Assembly: GCA_013239625.1 (NCBI GenBank)
Contig: MU054220.1
Location: forward strand, 1,913,509-1,977,508
Reading direction: 5' to 3'
Source: Lama guanicoe
Lineage: Eukaryota
Length of the DNA stretch: 64,000 bases
The translations under genes and the position numbers were made by a program. Positions 38,541 to 50,978 of this stretch are shown here, in pieces. Under the pieces are notes generated by a model, which ran no database searches, was not told where the DNA came from, and saw only the letters and a program-made list of their open reading frames with translations. The stretch's first letter is position 1. Each line of letters begins with the position of its first letter.

Positions 38541-40119
38541 TATTTCCTTTTTTTGTTAGCCTAGCCCTTTTATGTTTCTCTCTCTGTAAGTAACAGGAAG
38601 TAGGGTATCCTTAGTTGTTATATAGTTTTTAGCTTAACCAAAGGTCAAACTGGAGACAGCTTGGCTTCTGCCCATATACATTTCCTCTAAACTGAAGCCA
38701 CAAAGATGCAAAAAATTCAGGTTTGCAATGGTACTCTTGATGCCCATATAACTGCTGCTCTTCTACTGTGTTATTTCCATTTTTTCCGGGACACTAGTCC
38801 TTGGGAGTTGCTCTGTAATGAATATAATAGGTAAATAATAACATATTTGAAAAGCACTAGGAATACACAGTTGTTAGAGGTGACACCACGTTCATTTTTG
38901 GCTCAAGGAAGATATGGGATTTTTGTGTATGGCAGGTAGTGAAAAGGTGCTGGGACGCTCCAAAACACTAATATTAGAAGTGAAAAAATTCTGCATGACT
39001 CAAAGATTAGTTTGACAGAGATTTTTTTTTCTATTAGAAGCTAAAACATGTATTACAGCACTCTAGCAGACTTGTTTTTAATGATCTGTAAGCTTCAACG
39101 AAGCAAGTATCATTTAAGAGTTTGAAGGGAGAGAAAAAAGGGTGTTTCAAGTCCCTTAATTTACTGCTTCAGTATTCCTGGTAATCATGTGAGTGTTTTT
39201 CCTTTTGACTGGAAAGCAAAGGAAGACGGAAACCTGTGGAAGCTGGAGTTGGACAAGAGAACAAAGTTCACAAATGAAATCCTGTCCAACATTGGCAACT
39301 GAAACAAGACTCACCCCTCACGTCCTTTAAAAACTGACCCAGCTCGGTCCCTTTTTTCCCCTCAGTGATTTTGAAGTGTCACAAAAGGCTCTCCAGGCTG
39401 CACTAAACAATCATGGGAAAGTTCTTTCAGGAAAAAGATGCAATGATCACTGTACTTTGTCTGGACTAGGCCATCAGTGGGCCATTTCCTTGTCAGAAAT
39501 TTACTTCTCTAATTAGAGTGATGAGCTGAAAAGAAGCAATTTTAAGTCAATCAATAAAATAAAAATATCTCCAAATAACACGATGGTTTTATTTCTGTGA
39601 TAATTACTTTCTTTTATTTCAAAAAGAAATGGTGACTGCTTCTCTATTATGATCACATGGCTAAAAAAGATGATCTTCAAGAATCTATAAAATCGTGACT
39701 GGCATACAGTAGGCACTCAATAAACACTTGTTGAATGAAAGGATGAATAAATAGAGCAGAATAATCACCCTCTCCTTATGGCTTCTGTTATTTCTGTGAT
39801 AATCTAAGGCTAGTTGAGCTTCCCGGCAGTCACATCAGCCTGCTGCCCAATACTCAATTTAAGTCTCTTGTCATTTTACTGGTAAGTTGCCTCTTTTTCT
39901 TGACCAACTTTTTCAGTTGGGTATTTTTAAAAGTCAACTTTTATTTATATTTATTATATTTATAATTTGCCATTTTAATTTGTAAAATGAGCCTGTTGCC
40001 AGAACATGTTACCCTGGAACATAGAGGTAAGAGTTACACAAAAAACAACAGATTAGATTCTCAGCCCCCCCTGGCATCCTCTAAATCACCTTTCATGACA
40101 CTCATTATACTTGTATTGC

Positions 40120-40582
40120 TTATTCATTCATTCATCTATTTATTCAACAAATATTTACTGAGTCTTAATAAGGGCCAGGCACCATTCTCAAAGCTGAGGA
40201 TATAGCAATGCACAAGAAGGACCCAAGTCCCTGTCTCTGTGTGCAGGGAGGGTCAGGCAAAACACAAGAAAATGTGTCATGAAAAACAAAATCGTACAGT
40301 GTTTGCTCCAGATTAAAAGAAACTAAAGAGACATTACCAGGTACAGTGTGTAAACCTTGATTCGATCCTGGGTCAGAAAACAAACAGCTTTACATATATT
40401 TGAGAAGAACTGGGGAAATTGTAATTTGCACAGGATGTTAGATTATGTTATGGAATTATTGTTTATTTTCTTAAATGTGACAATGACATTGGGGTTATTC
40501 AGGAAAGGAGAATATTCTTACTTTTAGGAGATTTAGTATGTAAGGGTTAAGTGTCATATTCTTGTAACTTAGTTTCAGATGA

Positions 40583-40614
<32 letters not shown>

Positions 40615-40745
40615 CCTACCTACCTACATACCTATGGTGCACAAATGTAACAAATGTAAGCATTTGGTGAATCCAGGTGAAGGGCATACTGGTGAGTTTA
40701 TACTACTCTCAGAACCTTTTTGTAGGTCTGAACATTTTTTAAATG
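40120..40745. mobile_element. L2(-) tail 40120-40250 and L1MC-like(+) 3' UTR 40270-40745
   Basis: attcattcattcatctatttattcaacaaatatttactgag; ccagattaaaagaaactaaagagacattacc...ggtgaatccaggtgaagggcatac. Confidence 0.78.
40583..40633. repeat. Compound (TCTG)n(TCTA)n(CCTA)n microsatellite
   Basis: Seen directly. Confidence 0.92.
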
Positions 40746-41008
40746 AAGAGGTGTAGGGGAAATCTACTGTATTTCTAGTCAGAGATGTGGGTGGGACTTG
40801 ATTAACTGACTTGACTCTTATTACTTGACATTTTTCTATAAATGTGTTGATCCCCAATCCTGAAAAGGTTTCCTTCATTATCCATATAGCAACATTGGTC
40901 CCATCACTTTCCCTTTTCTACTGCAGCCACAGGAAAGGCTGGGATATGGGAAAACCACAGGATAGGCTATTCTCTCAAAACAAAATACCTCTTTGTTAAA
41001 TCAACATC

Positions 41009-41510
41009 TGTTAAGTGGAGCATAGGGTACCAGATGATGAGCCTTGTTCAACAACAGATCACAAAAGAAACTGAAATAGAGATGTTTATTACTGACAGGT
41101 CCTGGAGGAAGCACAAAGCACACCTCAAGGGGCCACAGAGGGAGGTCAGGGCAGAGTGCAGAGAACGATAAGACCTGGGGCAACAAGCCTTTATTAGGGT
41201 CTGTGGGTGGTGAACTCTGGGGCTTCTGGGCTAAGGCTGGATTGGTCAATTCAAACAAGAGTGGGCTTTTGGTAAACTTCCTCTGGGGTCTTATCTAAGG
41301 GACACACAAGGTGAAAGCCCTTTGAGGCCCTTTGATCACCAGGGCTGCTGGGAAAGTCATGTCGGGAAGTTACACTTGCTTGTGACTCTGCAGGCTGTCA
41401 CCTAGAAGTGCGCTTACATGAGGGGGATGCTATCATTTTAAGGTCTCTGTAGGTCAGATAAATGGATGCCAAGGCAGCAATGGCATGGAGTAGCTTCACT
41501 AAACTCCACG
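41009..41510 (-). mobile_element. ERVL-class solo LTR (LTR53/MER54/MER74-group-like)
   Basis: About 500 bp. Minus strand starts cgtggagtttagtgaagctactcc (degraded TG start) and ends ctccacttaaca. Internal TATA-like (about 41190) and AATAAA (41085-41090) signals are in LTR order. Subfamily from recall. Confidence 0.65.
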
Positions 41511-41669
41511 CTCCTCTCTAAATGTGATCTGAAATAATGCTTTTACATATACATTATTCCCACACTTTACAACTGAATTCAGAAAAGTAATAAAATAGTT
41601 ACAAAAAGTAGGAAAAAATATAAGGACAAAGTATGAAACAAACAACCATGAAGCCAGTAATATGGAGTG

Positions 41670-42145
41670 TGTATGAGATTCCTATGGCTGCCACAAACTT
41701 GGTAGCTTGAAACTACTGAAATTTTTTCTCTTATAGCCCTGGAGGCCATAAGTCTAAAATGAATCTTAACAGGGCTGACATCAAGGTGTCAGCAGAGCTG
41801 CTTCCTTCTGGAGGTTTGGGGAGAATCTATGTCTGGCTTTGCCATCTAGAGGTGCCCCCACTCCTTGGCTTGTAGCCCCACATCACATCACTTTCCCCTG
41901 TTCACTGCTTCTGGCTTTCACATTGCCTTTTTCCTCTTCTGTCATCAAATCTTCCTCAGTCTGCCTCTTATAAGGTCACCTGTGATTACACTTAGAGTCC
42001 ACCTGGATAATCCAGGATAATCCCCCTAGCTCATGATCCTTAACTTAATTACATCTGCAGAGTTCTTCTTGCCATGACAGATAACATTCACAGGTGCCCA
42101 GGATTAGGACCCAGATAACTTTGGGCCATTACTCAGCCTACCACA
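41670..42145 (-). mobile_element. MaLR solo LTR (MLT1C-like)
   Basis: Minus strand tgtggtaggctgagtaatggccc...ggaatctcataca, with an exact 5-bp TSD GAGTG at 41665-41669 and 42146-42150. Confidence 0.92.
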
Positions 42146-42294
42146 GAGTGAGAGAGAATAAAGGGCCACATGAATAAGTAAGAAATACAGGAGGGGATCA
42201 TCACTCATTCTTTGGAAATAAGTTAGAAGGTACAATATCATTCCTCCTCAGAAAGGACATTCCTCATCACTACAACACACTTGGACTGAGATGA

Positions 42295-42530
42295 TAAACC
42301 TGAATGGAGGTACTCAGACCTCAGTTTGATTCTGGGCTCTGCTGTTTACTAGATGAACAATGCCACACAAATTACTTAACTGCTATGCCTTAATTTCCTC
42401 ATCTTTAAAATGGCGATAATAATAGTACTTTCTCAAATGACAGTTGAGAAGATTCAGTACTGTAATGAATGTGATGATTTTATACAGTTTCCAACGCATG
42501 GTAAGTGCTCATTAAATGACAGCTATTATT
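42295..42530 (+). mobile_element. MIR SINE
   Basis: aattacttaactgctatgccttaatttcctcatctttaaaatggcgataataatagtac. Confidence 0.82.
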
Positions 42531-44233
42531 ATAATTATTTTATTATTCACAGAACAGGCTGTGCAACCCTCATGATGCTGAATCAGTACAGTTTTTCCAG
42601 AGGCCTCTAGTGACCCCTTCTTCTATGTGCATTCTACCTAAGTCGATAAGTAAAGTTTACTCAAGTGTCAAAACTTAAAAAAGATTTTTAAACATATCTC
42701 TAAATGATATCACAAACTTCCTTGGCTTACTAAAAAGATGATAATGAACATAAGTAACCTTTTGTTTATCAACTCGGGTTCAGCATTATACATATTACTT
42801 ATTGCCCTAGGCCATAACAGAAAGATACCCTCAAAGAACAAAAAGATTAATAAAGCTATTTACATGTCCCCGACATGGTAAATGACCTTAAAATACTGTT
42901 TGCTTGTTTTGAATATAGATTTTCTCTTGTTTGTTTTTAGTATGGGCTTTTCTCTTCACTGTTTGGATTGCTAGTGACTCTTTTCTGACATTTATCATGA
43001 CTGTCAGTGTGTGGCTAAGAAACACGTTAGACATCCTTCACTACTTTTTTATCTGCCACTGCTAACCTGATCTGTACTTGAAGGTTATGCATTTGTAAGT
43101 GAACGTACTCCCTCCCTGGGAAACTCTAGGGAGACTTTCTGCCTCTCCTACAAAGATACATATAAACTCTGTAAACATTGGCTCCTTGGGGACCATTTTT
43201 ATTTACTTTCGAACTGGTGACTATGTTCTAAGCATCTTAGAAATCTGATTGCTATGTTGGTGACTTGCTAAGGAGAGTTAAACCATGTCAGGCACTAGCC
43301 TGAGGATCTGTCTAATGATTAATGCAAATCAAAACACTAGTGAGTTAACCAGTTTAGGGTGTGACAATATCTTCAATTTAATGATCTTATCTTACCAAAG
43401 TGGCCCAGTAAATTACTCTGTCCACCTGGGGTTCAAGAGTTCTTACGCTTTTGTTTACGATAAGCATTATCAATCCTTGAGGCTAACGATGCTCACTGTG
43501 TGTCCATATGTATACATAAACAGAGGAAATCTAGATTACCCAGTGCTTCAGCCATATTAATTCTTGTTTCTAAATTTTTATTATCAACATCAACTCTCCT
43601 GCTTAACTGAGCCCTTTGCTGATACACTTTTTTGTTTCTTTACTTCCCTCACAAATTACTCCTTGCCCTCAGGGAAGGTGTGTGAACTAGGAGGTCTTAT
43701 CTTCAAGGGGGGCCTGTCAGTCAGTCTTAGCTGTGGCCCATAATGGATAGGAGAGCAGGACACTCAGAAGGACAAGTTGGTTTACAACAATTAAAATCTG
43801 AAGAATTCTCATACTTCTTAAATATAAATATAGGTATCTATAACAAACAAACAAAACCAGTTTTTGGATTAACTGTCATTCAAGTTATCCACGTCACTGG
43901 TATTTGCAGGCTGACTATACATTTTAGGTATGCCTGCTAAGTGTTACTGAAATTAATTTTTATCAGTTCTGTTCTTAATGCAACATATGCAGTACAAAAA
44001 TAGTTCATTTATTTTAGTTTACAAAACAGATATAATGAATATAGTGATACATGGCAACTCTTTCTCTGTATTTTCCAGGAAACTAAAAAACCATGAATTT
44101 TCCTTGTCCTGCTGACAATGGCTTTATAGTAAGGACCAAATGTATTAGGTGTGTATTAGTAACAGCCCAGTAACAACTACCATTTGTGGAGTACCTACGG
44201 TTTGCTAAGCACTGTACAGGGTACTCTTTATAA

Positions 44234-44728
44234 TGTGGTGGTCTTAAGATATGTCCACAGAATTCTAGGATACTCCGCTCCCTCCGAGAGGTGGATCCTA
44301 ATTCCCTTCCCTGGAGTATGGGCTAAACCTAGTGATTCATGTCTGAAGACTAGAATAAAATGAAAGTGACAGTATATGACTTCAGAGACTCAGTCATCAA
44401 AGGTACTGACGCTCTCTGCCTGCTCTCTCTCTCTGAAGAAGCCACTACCTTACCATGAGGAACCATGATGGAGAGCTGAGGCCTCCTGCCAACAGCAATA
44501 TGAGTGAGTTTAGAAGCAGACCTTCCAGTCCCCTTCAAGCCTTCAGATGACTGCAGCCCCAACCCAAATCTGGATTTCAACCTGATAAGAGACCTTGAGC
44601 CAGTACCACCCAAGTAAGGTGCTCCTGGATTCCTGACCTTCCGAAAGTGGGTGGCATAATAAATGCCTATTGTTTTAAGCCTCCAAGTTTTGGGGTAATT
44701 TATTATATAGCAGTAGATAGCTAACACA
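44234..44728 (+). mobile_element. MaLR solo LTR (MLT1F-like) inserted in a MIR(-) spanning about 44160-44910
   Basis: tgtggtggtcttaagatatgtccac...ccttcagatgactgcagcccc...ttttggggtaatttattatatagcagtagatagctaacaca, with MIR halves on either side. Confidence 0.88.
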
Positions 44729-45027
44729 TATGCATTTAACTAATACACATATATTATCTTTTTTATTCCCACAACTACCATGGAATAGGTGGTATTATCT
44801 TCATGCAAATGAAACAAAGGTGCAGGTGGTTAAGTAATTTACTCAAGGCCATACCCTAGTAGTGGCAGAGCCATGACACCAATCCCAGTCTTTGCACTAT
44901 ATCATACAACCACTTTTCAGGTCCTATTTCTTTCAGGTAGCTTATTAGCTGTCTCTCCCACCTTTGATTAGACTGCTATCAATGCTAATTTAATAATGCA
45001 AAAAAAAGGTAGGCTAAAGAATAATCC

Positions 45028-45165
45028 GGGGGGGAGGATATAGCTGAAGTGGTAAGATGCTTGTTTAGCATGTACGAGATCCTGGGTTCAATCCCCAGTA
45101 CCTCCCCTAAAAGTAAACAAACCTAATTACCACCCCCCCAAGAAAACCCCAAAAAACAAACAAAA
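45028..45165 (+). mobile_element. Camelid tRNA-derived SINE (Vic-1 type)
   Basis: gggggaggatatagctgaagtggtaagatgcttgtttagcatgtacgagatcctgggttcaatccccagtacctcc, then an A-rich tail. Exact 12-bp TSD aaagaataatcc at 45016-45027 and 45166-45177. Confidence 0.92.
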
Positions 45166-45189
45166 AAAGAATAATCCAGAATTAGGCTT

Positions 45190-45475
45190 CTGGTGTCTTT
45201 CCTTCAGCATGACGTGAACCCATTAATTAGCACATTTTTGATACGATTGTTCAGCTAGTTATATGTCATCCAGCCTATCTTATTTCTGCTTGTTCACAAG
45301 GATATCCTGGAGATGTTGTCATGGTCTCCTTGAAATCCAATTAAACTACACAGATATAATAAATTTTATAATAATCTTATGATAAATATAGCTAATAAAT
45401 ATAACTAAGTACAGCTTTCTCCCAATTTACCAGTCCAGTAATTCCTTCAAAAAGGGACGAAGTTTGCATTGACTA
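45190..45475 (-). mobile_element. CR1/L3 LINE remnant (RT region)
   Basis: gattgttcagctagttat...tcatccagcc...cttgttcacaaggatatcctggagatgttgtca...gaaatcca resembles antisense L3 RT sequence; very degraded. Confidence 0.5.
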
Positions 45476-45499
45476 TTTCACTTAAATGGTATTAACACC

Positions 45500-45715
45500 A
45501 TTACCATCATTGATCATTATTACTCTCTTCACGATTATCACTGATTTTGATGCATGTGCTTTATATACATTATTTGATTTAAACCTCAGGACTACCCTAT
45601 GAAGTAGGTTCTCTTATTATTTCTATTTTACTGATAAGGAAATCTGACTTATAAATAACTTGCCTGATGTCATTTTACTAAGAGGTGAAAGAGCTGGGGT
45701 TGAAATCAGGCCTTC
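45500..45715 (-). mobile_element. MIR SINE
   Basis: ccctatgaagtaggttctcttattatttctattttactgataaggaaatctga. Confidence 0.8.
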
Positions 45716-45944
45716 TTTATATTAATTTTATGTTAACTATCACTCACCTTATGCTTATGTAAGGATAGGTTATCTACTTCAATCTAGTCTTGCACACAAT
45801 GTTTACATGATGAATACTTAGGCAATGATGATGGTGATGACACAAAAACATCTCATACAGTTCTTACGACAGTTATTAGATTTTCACACACCCTCCCCAG
45901 CACACACACCCCAGATAAGTTTATCAACGGTATGGCATGATGAT

Positions 45945-48389
45945 TATTTACTATTCATTAAGTGGAAGTGGGTCATCCTAAAGGTCTTCATGTTGAGTAG
46001 GCTGAGGATGAGGAGGAAGGGGGATTTGGTCTTGCTGGCTCAGGAGTGGGCAGAGGTGGAACAGGTGGAAGAGGTAGAAGGTGAGGCAGGAGAGGCAGGT
46101 ACATGTGATGAAACCTTAAGGAAATACATCATAATTTTTGACTTCTTTGCTTTTTCATTTCTCCAAAGATGTTTCTATATAGTACAAATCCTTCTTTCAC
46201 TGTTTGCATTAGTTTCAGTGTCCGTATCATAGAAGGGTCCATGTCATAAAAGAAGTCAAAAGCAGTCTTGGATAATTGGAACCCTTCTGCCAGACTGAGT
46301 GATGTCAGTTGTTTCCTGGCACTATTTCTACATCTTCTTCCTCATCATCTAGTACTGGTTTGGAAGCACTCGTCTCCATCAAGTTGCCTTCTATTAATTC
46401 CTCTGGTGTGGTATCTATTAGCTCTTGAATTTCTCCAAGATCTGTCTCTTGAAATCCTTTCCCCTCCCCACACCTTATTTTTTTTTCCATATTCACAATC
46501 TCTTTCATGATTTTCTTGATTGGCTCTGTCGTAAATCCTATAAAGTCATGTACAACATCTGGACACAGTTTTCTCCAGGAGGAATTTATTGTTTCAGGCT
46601 TTCATGGTTTTTGGTATAACAACGATGGTGTCTTCAATCATGTAATCCTTATAGACTTTCACGATGTTCTCTCTTTCGGGTTTCTCTTTCATTGTGTGAC
46701 AATCATTTCCATAGAGTACCATGTGTAATGAGCTTTAAAGGTCCTTATTATCCTCTGATCTAGAGGCTGAATTAGAAGCATTGTGTTGGGGGCAAGTAGA
46801 CCACTTTGATGCCTTCAGTGTTGAACTCATGGGGTTCAGGGTGGCCAGGAGAATTATCCAATGTCAAAGAACTTTAAAAGGCAGTCCTTTACTGGTAAGT
46901 TACTTCCTGACTTCAGGGCCAGAGCATCGATAAAGTCAGTCTAGAAGAAGGGCTCTTGTTGTCCAGGCCTTCTTGTTGTACAACCAGAAGACTGGCAGCT
47001 GGTGTTTATCTTTTCCCTTCAAGATCTGGGAATTAGCAGCTTTATAGATAAGGGCAATCCTGACATATACCTGACTGCATTTGCACAAAGCAGTAGAGTT
47101 AGCCTATCTCTTCCTGCCTTAAATTCTGGTGCTTGCTTCTCTTCCTTACTAATAAATGCCCCTTAAGGCATTTTTTCCCCCAGAATAGGGCACTTTCATC
47201 TGCATTTAAAACCCCTTCTGGCAGATACCTTTCTCCTCAATGATTTTCTTAATGGTAACTGGGAGTGTGTCTGCTGTCTCTTGGTCAGATGAAACTGCTT
47301 CTCCTGTGATCTTGACGTTTTGTAAGCCAAACTGCTTTCTAAAATTATCAAACCATCCTTTGCTGGCATTAAATTCTCCAGCTTTAGCTCCTTCACCTTC
47401 CTTTTGCTTTAAGATGTCGTAATAATGACTTTGCTTTTTCTGGAATCATATTACAACCTATGTGTTTGCCTCATAGCAATCCTGCACCCACATAAAAGCT
47501 GCATTTTCAATATGAGATAAAAATGCAAAACTCAATATTCAATATTTTGACAAAAGTGTAAAGTTTTCATGCCTACTGACCTAAACCTGCAGTGACTTTG
47601 TGAATTACCTTTTTTTCCCTAGAGCGGTCCTTAAATTGGCTTCATGTATCTTGAAATAGCCAGCAACTGCAGCTGCAGACCTCAATCTACAGTACATAAC
47701 AAGCAATTTAACTTTTTTTTAAAAATCATATTATGACTTTGCTTCTTGGGAGCACTTCCAGCATCACTAGTGGCACTTCGTATGGGTCCAATGGTGTTAT
47801 TCAAAGTTTACAATATTGCACTAAGATGATGAAAAATAGGCGAGCTCTGCAAACAATCACTTTTTACTAATGCACAGTTTACTGGGGAGACCAACTGCTC
47901 ACGCAGAGATGATTAGCCTCACACGGCATTTTAAGCAGATACTTGCAATGCTTGAGCTCGCTGCAGTAGCAACAGGTGGTGGCTACAAAATTATTACAGT
48001 GGTATCCTGTGTACTGCAGCTTAATTTTATGCTGTTATGATTTGATACTGCATCTTTACATTTGTTTACATTTCTTTAGACTGAGAATGGCGCTATGTAT
48101 GGTCTCTAAGTGTGTACGTAAGTTTTTATAAATTTTAACTCTTTATAATAGATTTGACTATTTTTCTAGTAGTAAATGATAAAGTAGATTACCTTCCACT
48201 TTTATGCATTCATGACATATCTAACTTTTTCTTAATTTTTTAGATATTTCTAAGCTACATGGTTCCTCTGCAAATTTTTTTTCAAATTGTTGCAAATCTC
48301 CAAAAAATTTTCCAAGATATTTATTGAAAAAAAATCTGTGTATAATTGGACCCATGTAGTTCAAACTCATGTAGTTCAAGGGTCAGCTG
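45945..48389 (-). mobile_element. Tigger2 DNA transposon, near full length, dead transposase; right TIR not found
   Basis: Left TIR cagctgacccttgaactac with flanking TA (48390-48391). Transposase N-terminus GPIRSATSDAGSAPKKQ begins near 47792. C-terminal fragment in ORF 46305..46508 (GFQETDLGEIQELIDTTPEEL). Multiple stops and frameshifts. Confidence 0.92.
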
Positions 48390-49086
48390 TACTCTGAATG
48401 AAGTACTTTGCTAGATGCTAGGAACAAAAGGGGAAGCAAGACAGATAAATGCCTTCATAAAGCTTACAATCTAATAAGGAGGACAGAATTTAAGCTAATA
48501 ATTATATACATGAAAAGTATTAGGAAAATAGTTTATAAGAAACATATTAAACCTTATTTAAAAGTTCAGAAAAGTCTTCCAAGAAAAAGATATTTTTTTA
48601 ATAAAGATATGTTATCAGTCTGATATAAACACCTTCAAAGACAGGAGGAAATACTTTCAAACTCATTTTATGAGGCCAGTATAATCCTGACACTCACACC
48701 AGAGGTATACAAGAAAACTGCAGCCTAAAATATATTATGCAGACAGATGCGAGAATCATTAACAAAATATTAATAAGGGGAAATCCAATGATAGATATAT
48801 AAAAATGATAATAAATCATGACTAATGTGGATTTATTCACATTAATAGCATAAAGGGGAAAAATGTGTTATCGCAATAGATGCAGAAAAACAATAAAAAA
48901 TTGAATACCAATTCACAATACAAATTTTCAGCAAACTAAGAATAAAAGCAAACTTCCTCAACCTAATAAAGGACATCCATGAAAAACCAATTAAATCATA
49001 TTTAATTTGAAAGATTGAAAACTTCCCTGCCATGATTGGAAACAAAGCAAGGTTATCTGCTCTCACCACTTCTATTTAACATTGTT

Positions 49087-49213
49087 GGGGGCAGGATACA
49101 GCTCACACGCTAGAGGACATGCTTAGTATGCATAAGGTCCTAAATTCAATCCTCAATACCTCCTCTAAAAATAAATAAATTCAATTATCTACCCCCCTCA
49201 AAATATAAAATAA
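49087..49213 (+). mobile_element. Camelid tRNA-derived SINE (Vic-1 type), more diverged copy
   Basis: gggggcaggatacagctcac...catgcttagtatgcataaggtcctaaattcaatcctcaatacctcc; TSD tatttaacatt at 49073-49083 and 49215-49225. Confidence 0.85.
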
Positions 49214-49487
49214 ATATTTAACATTATAATGAGGTCCTACTCTGTGCAAAAAGAAAAAATTCAAAACCCTCAGAGACTGGAAAGGAAGAGAAGTAAAACT
49301 GCCTCTAATTTGCATATGACATGATTTTGCTTGTAGAAGATTCTAAGGAATCTACAAAACACTATGAGACTTATTAAGTGAATTAAGTCGCAAGATATGA
49401 GAGGAATATACAAAAAGCAATTACATTTCTATGTTCTTGCAATGAAAAGTTGTTAAAGTAAATACATTTTTAAAATACTACTTAAAA

Positions 49488-50978
49488 GAGCTACAGTCAT
49501 CAAGACAGCATGGTATTGGTACCAAACAGACATATAGACCAATGGAAAAGAATAGAGAACCCAGAAATGAACCCACAAACTTTTGGTCAACTCATCTTCG
49601 ACAAAGGAGGCAAGAATATACAATGGAATAAAGACAGTCTCTTCAGCAAATGGTGTTGGGAAAACTGGACAGCAGCATGTAAAACAATGAAGCTAGAACA
49701 CTCCCTTACACCATATACAAAAATCAACTCAAAATGGATTAAAGACTTAAACATAAGACAAGATACAATAAACCTCCTAGAGGAAAACATAGGCAAAACA
49801 TTATCTGACATACATTTCAAAAATTTTCTCCTAGAAGAAATAAAAGCAAGAATAAACAAATGGGACCTAATGAAACTTACAAGCTTCTGCACAGCAAAGG
49901 AAACCAGAAATAAAACAAGAAGAAAACCTACGGAATGGGAGAAAATTTTTGCAAGTGAAACCGACAAAGGCTTGATCTCCAAAATATATAAGCAGCTCAT
50001 ACGACTCAATAAGAAAAAAATAAACAACCCAATCCAAAAATGGGCAGAAGACCTAAACAAGCAATTCTCCAAGGAAGACATACAAATGATCAATAAGCAC
50101 ATGAAAAAATGCTCAATATCACTAATTATCAGAGAAATGCAAATCAAAACTACAATGAGGTATCACCTCACACCAGTCAGAATGGCCGTCATTCAAAAAT
50201 CCACAAATGACAAATGCTGGAGAGGCTGTGGAGAAAGGGGAACCCTCCTACACTGCTGGTGGGAATGCAGTTTGGTGCAGCCACTATGGAAAACAGTGTG
50301 GAGATTCCTCAAAAGACTAGGAATAGACTTACCATATGACCCAGGAATCCCACTCCTGGGCTTGTATCCAGAAGGAAATCTACTTCAGGATGACACCTGC
50401 ACCCCAATGTTCATAGCAGCACTATTTACAATAGCCAAAACATGGAAACAGCCTAAATGTCCATCAACAGGTGACTGGATAAAGAAGAGGTGGTATATTT
50501 ATACAATGGAATACTACTCAGCCATAAAAACCGACAACATAATGCCATTTGCAGCAACATGGATGCTCCTAGAGAATGTCATTCTAAGTGAAGTAAGCCA
50601 GAAAGAGAAAGAAAAATACCATATGAGATCGCTCATATGTGGAATCTAAAAAACAAAAACAAACAAACAAACAAAAACAAAGCATAAATACAGGACAGAA
50701 ATAGACTCATGGACAGAGAATACAGACTTGTGGTTACCAGGGGGGTAGAGGGTGGGAAGGGATAGACTGGGATTTCAAAATTGTAGAATAGATAAACAAG
50801 ATTACACTGTATAGCACAGGGAAATATACACAAAATGTTATGATAAATCACAGAGAAAAAAATGTGACAATGAGTGTGTATATGTCCATGAATGACTGAA
50901 AAATTGTGCTGAAACACTGGAATTTGACACAACATTGTAAAATGATTATAAATCAATAAAAAATGTTAAAAAAATTAA
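49488..50978 (+). mobile_element. Young 5'-truncated LINE-1 (1.5 kb) with an open ORF2 C-terminus
   Basis: ORF 49510..50649 is ORF2p, including the CCHC knuckle [18 protein letters not shown], and runs to the native stop. Exact 17-bp TSD taaaatactacttaaaa at 49471-49487 and 50979-50995. AATAAA plus A tail. Confidence 0.98.

Noticed and set aside
45028..45105. tRNA gene (also 3483-3556, 14137-14253, 49087-49213)
   Set aside because: These are tRNA-derived SINE heads: cloverleaf pairing is broken, and three of the four have SINE tails and TSDs.
45825..46728. Plus-strand ORFs with an acidic stretch (EWAEVEQVEEVEGEAGE)
   Set aside because: Antisense reading of the Tigger2 3' region; not a host protein.
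49587..50147. 186-aa hydrophobic antisense ORF (also 424..696 and 50633..50956)
   Set aside because: A common by-product of reading A-rich L1 sequence in antisense; no independent evidence of coding.
49510..50649. 379-aa ORF as a host gene
   Set aside because: It is the C-terminal part of L1 ORF2p in a 5'-truncated insertion with a TSD; the apparent start results from a frameshift.
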